From NCBI GenBank assembly GCA_963752235.1, contig CAVVXL010000021.1, forward strand, positions 9,133 through 73,132: 64,000 nt of DNA. Reading direction: 5' to 3'. Numbering within the stretch: the first letter of the stretch is position 1; each line of letters opens with the position of its first letter. The notes under the pieces were generated by a model. The model saw only the letters and a list, made by a program, of their open reading frames with translations. It was not told the origin of the DNA and searched no databases. A program made the position numbers and the translations under genes. Shown here in pieces: positions 57,001-64,000 of this stretch. This stretch comes from an uncultured Acidobacteriota bacterium. Lineage in GTDB: Bacteria > Acidobacteriota > Thermoanaerobaculia > Multivoradales > UBA5704.

Positions 57001-57638
57001 AGGGGGGGCGCGGCGGTGACGCCGGCGAGCGTCCGGCGCCAGAAATCCTCCGCCTGCGCCGGGTCCCTCCCCTGCGCCCAGGTGATGTAGTCGCGGTAGG
57101 GGCGGGGCGCCGCGAGACGCGGCTCCGTACCCTTCAGCAGCGCCGCGTAGAAGGCGAAGACGTCGGCGAGGATCAGCCCCATCGACCAGCCGTCGACCAC
57201 CAGGTGATGGAAGCTCCACACCAGCTTGTGGACCCCATCCTCCCAATGGATCATGGCGACGCGGGTCAGCGGCGGCTTGCCGAGGTCGAAGCCGCGGTCG
57301 TGGTCCTCGCGCAGGAAATCGGCGAGCCGCGCCTCGCGCTCGGCCGCCGGCAAGGCGCGCCAGTCGTGCTCCTGCCAGGGGAGGACGGCGTCGCGGCGCA
57401 CGATCTGGAGCGGCTGCTCGCGGCGCTCCCAGACGAACTGGGTGCGCAGGGCCGGATGGCGCTCCAGCACCCGGCTCCAGGCCTGCCGCCAGACGGCGAG
57501 GTCGAGCTCGCCGGCCAGGGTGGAGACGTATTGATCGAAGTAGACCTGCCCCTTCTCCCCGGAGAACAGGAGATGGAACAGCATCCCCTGCTGGGAGGCG
57601 GAAAGCGGGTAGATATCTTCAACGTTCTGCTTGCTCAT
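51072..57638 (-). CDS. NRPS, two modules (C-A-T-C-A-T)
   Basis: ATG at 57638 preceded by gagga. IYPLSASQQGMLFH, HHLVVDGWS, HHFVHDGWS. Two AMP-binding cores (YTSGSTGRPKGV). T motifs LGGHSLLVAKL and LGGHSLKATSV. Confidence 0.9.
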   Translation of the reverse strand: MSKQNVEDIYPLSASQQGMLFHLLFSGEKGQVYFDQYVSTLAGELDLAVWRQAWSRVLERHPALRTQFVWERREQPLQIVRRDAVLPWQEHDWRALPAAEREARLADFLREDHDRGFDLGKPPLTRVAMIHWEDGVHKLVWSFHHLVVDGWSMGLILADVFAFYAALLKGTEPRLAAPRPYRDYITWAQGRDPAQAEDFWRRTLAGVTAAPPLPFDGSGTGGDPTGWVAREEVLEAPTELATALRSFARRHQVTLNTVVQGAWSLLLGSFGDGNSGDDVVFGGIVSGRPPEIEGVESMVGLFINLLPVRVENRPDSTVAAWLKALQEQQIEQRDYEHSQLDQVMAWSEVGRKGILFESVLVFENYPVDALRQGEAGSDLQIREVHLSESGNFPLTLYAMPGEDRLTLRINYHWTRLSAEAARRILARTMALLERIATHPESRLSALLGVTAEERGEILAAGRGAARVDAETTIDRLFAAQAARTPDAPAVETTAGDGTLTYGELAARAGTLARHLRSLGVGPESVVALCVERSPGMVVGMLGVLQAGAAYLPLDPNYPRERMAFMLEDSGARIVLAQERTADRLPETSAKIVRLDADWAAIADTAGTAAAGSGEAPSSALPQSPAYVIYTSGSTGRPKGVLVPHSALVTYVRSAVAQYAITPADRTLQFASVSFDTSAEEIYPCLVAGGALVLRDEAMIGSLDGFLREVGRLRISVLDLPTAFWHELAAEMDSQGLAAPAALRLVILGGEEALTERLAAWRRRVGERVRLVNTYGPTEATIVSTLFDLTAPAETPAPQRIAIGRAVANARTYVVGRDLELRAAGIDGELWLGGAGLARGYLGRPDLTAERFVPNPFAPADGAAPGERLYRTGDLARLRLDGELEFRGRVDHQVKVRGFRIELGEIEAALRKLDGVRDAVVALYGENAEKRLVAWVVPADRAALQTGDLRTALKGTLPDYMLPASFVVIEALPLNASGKLDRKALPAPIGRPDVDADYVAPRNPIQEVLVDLWSELLGVERIGIEDDFFQLGGHSLLVAKLAARVRQVFQVELSLVEVFKKPTISELAEAIEKAERGSAESELPELPPIRLAPRDRPIPLSFPQERVWFLNRLTAGGNIAYNFQFTLWLQGELNVGAFQAAMEEIVHRHEVLRTSFPDVDGRPVQVIHPGMAVDMPLIDLVALPEAIRKEESERLVFESTQVAFDIARIPLLRWRLLRLDADLHELIQVEHHFVHDGWSFGVLLREMKALYAAFAAGLPSPLPELPIQYADFAAWQRGWMEGPVMEKIMAYWRQKLAGSTHFLELPTDRPRLARGSFKGDITIFPVPPKLYDSLRKFGRAQGFTLYMTMLSGFFSLLSRYTGQEDILLGTNNANRRAKETETLLGMIVNSLVIRGDMTGDPTFREMLGRVRETSLENYVYQDTPFERLVQEIRPERQLGRNPLFQVMFNFHDAAIPDLDFGGLKGMFLVRGNRSAKMDMNVIMVPRAEQRVGLQASAADLHAVFHWEYNSDLFDFTTILRMIDHFQTLLAGAVENPSLRLSELPLLTEAERRQTLIDWNDTAEPEPAAACLHELFEATRRRTPDAVAVSCEGLSLTYDELDARAETLAARLRGLGVGPEVLVGVSLQRSLDLPAALLAVLKAGGAYVPLDPSYPKERLAFVLADGQVAVLITERALRENLPASAAQVVEIEAAYAPTAAFSGPAAGAENTAYVIYTSGSTGRPKGVEVRHRGAVNFLGSMARRPGLAASDVLLAVTTVSFDIAVLEIFLPLAVGARVELAGRDVATDGARLAALIESSGATAMQATPATWKMLLEAGWPGKAGLVALCGGEGLPADLARELLARVGPTGSLWNLYGPTETTVWSALQPVTALDSESPLVPIGRPIANTAIHLLDRNLEPVPAGIHGELYIGGEGLARGYLRRPELTAERFVPDGVGARSGARLYRTGDLARYLADGTLEFLGRADHQVKVRGFRIEPGEVEAALAKAPGVREAVVLAREDRAGDRRLVAYVVPSGPSEVNNGEAPKAEKLRDVLGRTLPSYMVPAVFVFLDRLPLTPNGKVDRKSLPAPELSRSEGDQDYLAPRTPVETSLAEIWAEVLGVERVGVRDDFFALGGHSLKATSVLARVRDVLRVDLPLSVVFERRTIEGMASAVDSAVVTETEIEQSAAAMSDAELDALLGAMLAEEKRS

Positions 57639-57651
57639 CAGGGATGACTCC

Positions 57652-60600
57652 TCAGTCGGTCTCTTCCAGCTCCAGATCATCCAGCTCGGCGGTCAACAGG
57701 CTCTCGCCGATCGCGGCGGTGAAGCCGGCGATGGTCGGCGACTTGAACAGCACTTGCAGCGGCAGCTCGACACCGAGCGAGCCGTTCACTCGTGCAAGGA
57801 CTTTGGTGGCGAGCAGCGAGTGGCCGCCCAGGTCCCAGAAGTTGTCGTGGATTCCTACGCGGTCGACCCCGAGCACCTCGGCCCAGATCTCCGCCACCAG
57901 CTCCTCGAGCGGCGTGCGGGGAGCCACGAACTCCTCGCCGGTCTCCAGGCGATAACCTTCCGGCGCGGGCAGGGCGTTGCGGTCGACCTTGCCCGAGGCC
58001 GCCATCGGCAGGCGCTCGAGCAGCATGAAGTGGCTGGGCACCATGTAGGCCGGCAGCCGATCTTCGAGGAAGCCCTTCAACTCAAGGGTGCCGGCCGCCG
58101 CCTCCACCGGGACGATGTAGGCGACCAGACGCTTCAGCCCGCCGATCTCCGGCGCCGCGACCACCGCCTCGCGGACGGCCGGATGCTCGGCGAGCAGCGC
58201 CTCGATCTCCCCCAGCTCGATGCGGAAACCCCGCACCTTGACCTGGAGGTCGACCCGCCCCAGGAACTCGACGTTGCCGTCCGGCAGGTAGCGGGCGAGA
58301 TCGCCGCTGCGGTAGAGCCGCTCCCCGGGCTGGCCGCCGAGGTGATCGGGGATGAAGCGGTCGGCCGTGAGGTCGGGGCGGCCGAGGTAGCCGCGGGCCA
58401 TCTGCGCCCCGGCGAGGAAGATCTCCCCCGGGATGCCGAGCGGCACCGGCTGCCGGGCGGCGTCGAGGACGTAGAGCCGGGTGTTGGGGATCGTCCTTCC
58501 CACTGGCGGCAGCGGCGGCCAGTCGCCGGGATCGGCGGGGAGGAGATACGAGGTCACGGCGTGCAGCTCCGAGGGACCGTAATGATTTTCCAGCGTGCAT
58601 CCCTCCAGCCGCCGGAACCAGCCGACGATCGCCTCCGAAGATTGCAGCTGCTCGCCCGCCGTGATCACCTCGCGCAGGTGCGACGGCCTGGCTCCCAGCC
58701 GCTCCGCCTCCTCGGCGAGCTGGTTCAAGGCGACGAACGGGAGGAAGAGCCGCCCGATCCGCTCGCGCTCGAGGATCTCCAGCAGGGCTCTCGGGTCACG
58801 GCGGTCGGAGTCGGAGATCAAGACCAGCGTGCCGCCCCGTGCCCAGGTCGAGAAGATCTCCTGGAAGCAGACGTCGAAGCTCAGCGGCGAGAACTGCAGA
58901 GTCCGGGCCTCGGCGCCGGTCGCACGCTCGAGGTGGAAGGCGATCAGATTGGCGAGCGCCCCGTGAGTCATGGCGATCCCCTTGGGCTGGCCGGTCGACC
59001 CCGAGGTGTAGATCAGGTATGCCAGTTCCGTCATCCCGACGGCGGAGGGAAGAGCGGTTGCTGGCTCCCGTTCGAGCTCGGGAGCCAGCGTTTCCATGGC
59101 GAGCAGATGGCCCGCGAACTCGGGGAGCAAGCCGAGCAGCCTCCCTTCGGTCAACAGCACCGGGGCCTCGGCGTCGGCGAGCATGAACGCCAGACGTTCC
59201 GGCGGGTAGGTCGGATCGAGCGGCAGGAACACCCCCCCAGCCTTGAACACCGCCAGCACCGCCACCGGCGCCGTGAGCGAGCGCTCCAGGCAGATCCCCA
59301 CCACGACCCCGGGGCCGACGCCGCGGCGCCTCAGGTGGTGGGCCAGCCGGTTCGCGCGTAGCTCCGTCTCGGCGTAAGTCAGGTCCTCGCCCTGGAAGGT
59401 GAGCGCCACCCGCTCGGGGAAGCGGGCGGCTATCGCCGTGAACCGCTCGGCCTGGGTGACCTGCGGCACCACCGCCGCGCCGTCGTTCCACTCCGTCAAC
59501 GCCTGGGCGCGGGCCGCCGCCGTCAACAGGGGGAGATCCGCGAGCCGCGTCGCCGGCTCGTTCAGCGCCCCCTCCAGCAGGACCTCGAGCTGCTCGAGCA
59601 GGCGTGTGGCGGTGGTGGTGTCGAAAAGGTCCGTGCTGTATTCGAGGCCGCCGACGATCCCCTCGCCCGATTCCCCCAGGGCCAGCAGGAGGTCGAACTT
59701 GGCGGTCTTCAGCGCCGGCAGGAAGGAGCTCAGCTGCAACCCCGGCAGGGAGAACGCCATCGGCGCGTTCTGCAGCACGAACATCACTTGGAAAAGCGGA
59801 GAATGGCTGAGGCTGCGCTCCGGCTCCAGGGCCTCGACCAGCTTCTCGAATGGCAAGTGCTGGTGCGCGTGGGCCTCGAGGGCCACCTCGCGCACGCGTC
59901 CCACCAGCTCCGCAAAGCTCGGATTGGCGGCCAGGCTGGTGCGCAGGACCAGCGTGTTGACGAAGAAGCCGATCAGCCCCTCGATCTCCATGCGGGTGCG
60001 GCCGGCGATCGGCGTTCCGACGTTGATCTCCTGCTGCCGTGAGTAGCGGCCGAGGAGCGCCTGGAAGGCGGCCATCAGGACGATGAACGGCGTCCCCCCC
60101 ATCTCTCGCGCGCCGGAGTCGATGCGCGCCGACAGCGGGCGAGACAGCCGGCCGTTGACAGCCTTCCCCTGGAAGCTCTGCACCGCCGGGCGCGGCCGGT
60201 CGGTCGGCAGGTCCAGGATCGCCGGCGCTCCTCCCAGCTGGCCGCGCCAATAGTCGACCTCGCGCGCCAGCGCTTCTCCGCGCAGCCATTCGCGCTGCCA
60301 CAGCGCATAGTCGGCGTACTGCACCGGCAGCTCGGCGAGCCGCGGCGCGGCGCCGGTTGCGAACCCGGCGTAGAGCATCCCCAGCTCCCGCAGCAGCACT
60401 CCCATCGACCAGCCGTCGGCGACGATGTGATGCAGGGAGAGGAAGAGGGAGTGTTCCTCCGCGGCGAGCCTCACCAGGGCGAACCGTGCGAGCGGTCCCC
60501 GGGCGAGGTCGAAGGAGCGCTCCGTCTCCTCGCCAGCCAGACGATCGCTCTCCCGCGCGCGCCGCCCGGCGGGGAGCGCCGCGAGGTCGATGAGGGGAAG

Positions 60601-63600
60601 GACCACACCCGGAGCCGGATCGGCCGGCGAGATCACCTGCACCGGCTCATCGCCCACCCGGACGAAGTGGGTCCGCAGCGCCTCGTGCCGGCGCACGATC
60701 TCGGCGAGGGCGGCGGCCAGGGCGCCGACATCGGCCCGCCCCTCCACCCGGAAGAGGGCAGGAATGTTGTAGAGCGAGCCCGGCTCGAGCTGGTCGAGGA
60801 ACCAGAGGCGCTGCTGCGCGAAGGAGAGCGGCAGGCGGGTGCCCTCCTGGCGGGGGACCGGGCGCAGCGGAGGCGCGCCGGCGCCCGGCGCCCGGTAGCG
60901 CTCCGCCTCGATCCGGCGCGCCAGGCCGTCGACGGTCGGCTCCTCGAACAGGCTGCGGATCTCGAGGTCGATCCCGAGGCCGCGCCGCACCCGCGACACC
61001 ACCTGCGTGGCGAGCAGCGAATGCCCGCCGAGAGCGAAGAAGTCGTCGTAGACCCCCACCGCCGGAAGCGCAAAGACCTGGCAGAAGATGTCCGCCAGCA
61101 GCTGCTCGAGCGGCGTGCGCGGCGCGACCGTCGCCTCGGACCGGCGATCGGGAGCCGCCAACGCACGGCGGTCCACCTTGCCGTTGGGAGTCAGCGGCAG
61201 GGCGTCGAGGAAGACCCAATCCTGCGGCACCATGTAGGAGGGGAGCTCGCGCTCGAGGAAGCCGCGGAGCTCGTCGACGGAGGGCCATGCCGCTTTGCCG
61301 GCGACGACGTATGCCGTCAGGCGCCGGTCTCCCGGACGGTCCTCCCGCACCAGCGTGACCGTCTCGGCGACGACCGGATGGCGGGCGAGGATCGCCTCGA
61401 TCTCCCCCAGCTCGACCCGCATGCCGCGGACCTTGACCTGGTGGTCGATGCGGCCCAGGAAATCGAGCTCGCCGCCGGGCAGCCAGCGGACCAGGTCGCC
61501 GGTGCGGTACATCCGCGCGCCGGGCTCCCCATGCCCGCCGCCCCACGGGTCGGGAAGGAATCTCTCCGCCGTCCATTCCGGCCGCCAGAGATAGCCGCGG
61601 GCGAGACCGATGCCGCTGACGTAGAGCTCGCCCGCCACTCCCACCGGCACCTGCTGCTGACGGGAGTCGAGGACATAGACCCGCGTGTTGGCGATCGTGC
61701 GCCCGATCGCCGGCGCGCGGGCGGCCGCCGCCTCCGGCGGCGCGGGGGGGACCAGCGCCATCGTGGTCACCACGCTGTGCTCCGCCGGGCCGTAGATGTT
61801 CGATAGCTGGAAGGGGGTGCCGGGGCGCGGCGCCCGGTGCAGCCGGTCGCCACCGACCACCAGATAGCGCAGCTGGAGAGCCCGGCTCCCGGCGGGGATC
61901 TCCTCGCTCAGGATGGCGTCGGCGAGCGGGGTGGGCAGGAACGCCAGGGTGATTCCCTCCTCCGCCCACCAGCGCAGCATCCGCGTCGGCGAGAGGCGCG
62001 TCTCCTCGTCCGGAATGTAGGTCGCGCCGCCCGCCGCCAGCAGCGGCCAGAGCTCCCAGATGGCGACGTCGAAGGCGGGGCTCGCCACTTGCGTCCCCCG
62101 CTCTTCGGGCGTCACGCCGTACGTCTCGTGATGCCAGGCGACGAGATTCAGCAGCCCTCGATGCGGGATGGCGACCCCTTTGGGGCGGCCCGTCGAGCCC
62201 GACGTATAGATGATGTACGCGAGGTTCTCGGCCGCCACCTCGACGGCGGGCGGGCGGGACTCGTCCCCCGGCAGGCGTTCGAGGTCACGGTCGAGGCGGA
62301 TCACGGTGGCGCCCGAATCGGGCAGCCGGTCGAGGAACCGGTGCTCGGTCAGCAGCACGGGGACCCGGGCGTCCGCGAAGAGGAAGGCCAACCGCTCGCG
62401 CGGGTAGGCCGGGTCGAAGGACGCATAGGCGCCGCCGGCCTTGAGCGCGGCGAGGATCCCCACCACGCGTTCCGGCGTGCGCTCGGCGCAGATCCCGACG
62501 GCGACGTCGGGACCGACGCCCAGCGACCGCAGATGGTGGGCGAGCCGGTTGCTCCTCGCCTCCAGCTCGCCGTAGGTGAGAATCCTCTGCCCCATCACGA
62601 CCGCCGGGGCCTGCGGCCGCCGGCGGGCCCACGCGGCGAACTGCTCGTGCACCAGCGCACCCGGTGGATGCTGCGGGTACTCCCGCGCCGTGTCGTTCCA
62701 CTCCAGCAGCTCGCCGCGCTCGGCCGCCGACAGCAGCGGCAGGGCGGAGAGCCGCGCCTCAGGGTTGGCGGCCGCCCCGGAGAGCAGGATCCGCAGATGG
62801 CCGGCCATGCGTCGAGCCGTCGCGACCTCGAACAGATCCAGGTTGTACTCCAGGGCTCCGATCAGCCCGTCGTCCGTCTCGGCCAGGCCGACGGTGAGGT
62901 CGAACTTCGCCGATTGGATCGCCAGGTCGAGCGGCTCCATGCCGAGCCCGGCGAGCCGCGGCGGCGCCATCGTCAGCTCCGTCTGCAGGATGAACAGGAC
63001 CTGGAAGAGCGGCGAGTGGCTGAGGTTGCGCTCCGGAGCCACCTCCTCCACCAGCCGCTCGAACGGCAGATCGCCGTGCGCATAGGCGCCCAGCGCCGTC
63101 TCCCGCACGCGGCCGAGCAGCTCGGCGAACGCCGGATCTCCCGCTGCGTCGGTGCGCAGGACCAGCGTATTGACGAAGAACCCGATCAGCCCTTCGAGCT
63201 CCATCCGGTTCCGCCCCGCCGCCGGCGTTCCCACCAGCAGGTCCTCCTGCCCGGTATACCTTTGCAGCAGGGCCAGGAAGCCGGCGAGGGTGGTCATGAA
63301 CAACGGCGTGCCGTTGCGCCGGCTGAGGCTGCGCAGCCGGCCGGACGTCTCGCGGTCCAGCTCCAGCGCCTCCACCGCGCCGCGGAACGTCTGGACCGCC
63401 GGCCGCTGCCGGTCGATCGGCAGAGCCAGCACCGGGGGGTGGCCCGCCAACCGCTCGCGCCAGTAGGCGACCTGCCGCTCGAGCTCCTCGCCGCGGAGCC
63501 GGTCGCGCTGCCAGACCGCGAAGTCGGCATACTGGAGCGGCAGCTCGGGCAACGGGGAAGGAAGGCCGGCGAGCGCGGCGGCGTAGAGCGCCTCGAGCTC

Positions 63601-64000
63601 GCGCAGCAGCACTCCCATCGACCAGCCGTCCGAGATCACGTGGTGCATGGCGAGCACGAGGACCCATTCGTCGAGCCCTGCCCGCAGCAGCAGCATGCGC
63701 AGCAGCGGCCCATGCTCGAGGTCGAACGGGCGCCGCGCCTCGATCCCCGTCAGCCGGGCTTCCTCGGCTCCCCGCGACGGCTCCGGCAGGTCTGCCAGAT
63801 CGACCAGCGGCAAGGCCGCCGGCACCCACGGCGCGATCACCTGCACCGGGCCGTTCGCGCCGTCCGCGAACCGCGTCCGCAGCGCCTCGTGGCGGCGCAC
63901 GATCTCGCTCAACGCGCCGGCGAGCAGCTCCGGCTGCAGCCGCCCCCGCACGCGGTAGGCCATCGGCATGTTGTAGACCGCCGTTCCCGGCTGCAGGCGG
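57652..64000 (-). CDS. NRPS, two modules (partial C, then A-T-C-A-T). N-terminus lies beyond window end
   Basis: The frame stays open to position 64000 (…YNMPMAYRVRGRL is a C-domain motif). HHVISDGWS, HHIVADGWS. YTSGSTGRPKGV and YTSGSTGQPKGI. T motifs LGGHSLLATQV and LGGHSLLATKV. Confidence 0.9.
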   Translation of the reverse strand, partial: RLQPGTAVYNMPMAYRVRGRLQPELLAGALSEIVRRHEALRTRFADGANGPVQVIAPWVPAALPLVDLADLPEPSRGAEEARLTGIEARRPFDLEHGPLLRMLLLRAGLDEWVLVLAMHHVISDGWSMGVLLRELEALYAAALAGLPSPLPELPLQYADFAVWQRDRLRGEELERQVAYWRERLAGHPPVLALPIDRQRPAVQTFRGAVEALELDRETSGRLRSLSRRNGTPLFMTTLAGFLALLQRYTGQEDLLVGTPAAGRNRMELEGLIGFFVNTLVLRTDAAGDPAFAELLGRVRETALGAYAHGDLPFERLVEEVAPERNLSHSPLFQVLFILQTELTMAPPRLAGLGMEPLDLAIQSAKFDLTVGLAETDDGLIGALEYNLDLFEVATARRMAGHLRILLSGAAANPEARLSALPLLSAAERGELLEWNDTAREYPQHPPGALVHEQFAAWARRRPQAPAVVMGQRILTYGELEARSNRLAHHLRSLGVGPDVAVGICAERTPERVVGILAALKAGGAYASFDPAYPRERLAFLFADARVPVLLTEHRFLDRLPDSGATVIRLDRDLERLPGDESRPPAVEVAAENLAYIIYTSGSTGRPKGVAIPHRGLLNLVAWHHETYGVTPEERGTQVASPAFDVAIWELWPLLAAGGATYIPDEETRLSPTRMLRWWAEEGITLAFLPTPLADAILSEEIPAGSRALQLRYLVVGGDRLHRAPRPGTPFQLSNIYGPAEHSVVTTMALVPPAPPEAAAARAPAIGRTIANTRVYVLDSRQQQVPVGVAGELYVSGIGLARGYLWRPEWTAERFLPDPWGGGHGEPGARMYRTGDLVRWLPGGELDFLGRIDHQVKVRGMRVELGEIEAILARHPVVAETVTLVREDRPGDRRLTAYVVAGKAAWPSVDELRGFLERELPSYMVPQDWVFLDALPLTPNGKVDRRALAAPDRRSEATVAPRTPLEQLLADIFCQVFALPAVGVYDDFFALGGHSLLATQVVSRVRRGLGIDLEIRSLFEEPTVDGLARRIEAERYRAPGAGAPPLRPVPRQEGTRLPLSFAQQRLWFLDQLEPGSLYNIPALFRVEGRADVGALAAALAEIVRRHEALRTHFVRVGDEPVQVISPADPAPGVVLPLIDLAALPAGRRARESDRLAGEETERSFDLARGPLARFALVRLAAEEHSLFLSLHHIVADGWSMGVLLRELGMLYAGFATGAAPRLAELPVQYADYALWQREWLRGEALAREVDYWRGQLGGAPAILDLPTDRPRPAVQSFQGKAVNGRLSRPLSARIDSGAREMGGTPFIVLMAAFQALLGRYSRQQEINVGTPIAGRTRMEIEGLIGFFVNTLVLRTSLAANPSFAELVGRVREVALEAHAHQHLPFEKLVEALEPERSLSHSPLFQVMFVLQNAPMAFSLPGLQLSSFLPALKTAKFDLLLALGESGEGIVGGLEYSTDLFDTTTATRLLEQLEVLLEGALNEPATRLADLPLLTAAARAQALTEWNDGAAVVPQVTQAERFTAIAARFPERVALTFQGEDLTYAETELRANRLAHHLRRRGVGPGVVVGICLERSLTAPVAVLAVFKAGGVFLPLDPTYPPERLAFMLADAEAPVLLTEGRLLGLLPEFAGHLLAMETLAPELEREPATALPSAVGMTELAYLIYTSGSTGQPKGIAMTHGALANLIAFHLERATGAEARTLQFSPLSFDVCFQEIFSTWARGGTLVLISDSDRRDPRALLEILERERIGRLFLPFVALNQLAEEAERLGARPSHLREVITAGEQLQSSEAIVGWFRRLEGCTLENHYGPSELHAVTSYLLPADPGDWPPLPPVGRTIPNTRLYVLDAARQPVPLGIPGEIFLAGAQMARGYLGRPDLTADRFIPDHLGGQPGERLYRSGDLARYLPDGNVEFLGRVDLQVKVRGFRIELGEIEALLAEHPAVREAVVAAPEIGGLKRLVAYIVPVEAAAGTLELKGFLEDRLPAYMVPSHFMLLERLPMAASGKVDRNALPAPEGYRLETGEEFVAPRTPLEELVAEIWAEVLGVDRVGIHDNFWDLGGHSLLATKVLARVNGSLGVELPLQVLFKSPTIAGFTAAIGESLLTAELDDLELEETD

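Overview
High-GC (~70%) bacterial chromosomal window with TTG/GTG starts, Tat signals and carboxypeptidase-regulatory-type TonB-dependent receptors (TBDRs). The lineage is possibly Acidobacteriota-like, but that is a guess. Content in order: a partial dnaB; two tandem TIR-NB-ARC-TPR (NLR-like STAND) genes with a truncated third copy; and three MITE-like inverted-repeat (IR) elements. Next come a Crp/Fnr regulator, two frameshifted TBDRs flanking a Tat-exported ferritin-like protein, a zf-UBP mini-protein, and a REC-thioredoxin-reductase fusion (frameshifted). Then a tolC-MFP-RND efflux operon (RND gene with three frame disruptions), a large NACHT-HEAT STAND NTPase, and a secreted VWA protein (frameshifted) in an operon with DUF4337 and a citrate-synthase-like gene. 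Finally a divergent HTH-fused citrate-synthase-like gene, a VioC-like Fe/2OG amino-acid hydroxylase, two SGNH-like hydrolase paralogs, a DUF5916 outer-membrane protein, an MFS exporter, and a >24-kb four-gene NRPS assembly line (at least 7 C-A-T modules ending in a terminal C domain) that runs off the window end. The most notable items are the NLR-like defense-type loci with repeat-array sensor domains, the palindromic elements, frameshifts clustered at simple-sequence repeats in transport genes while the NRPS stays intact, and the uncharacterised NRPS cluster.
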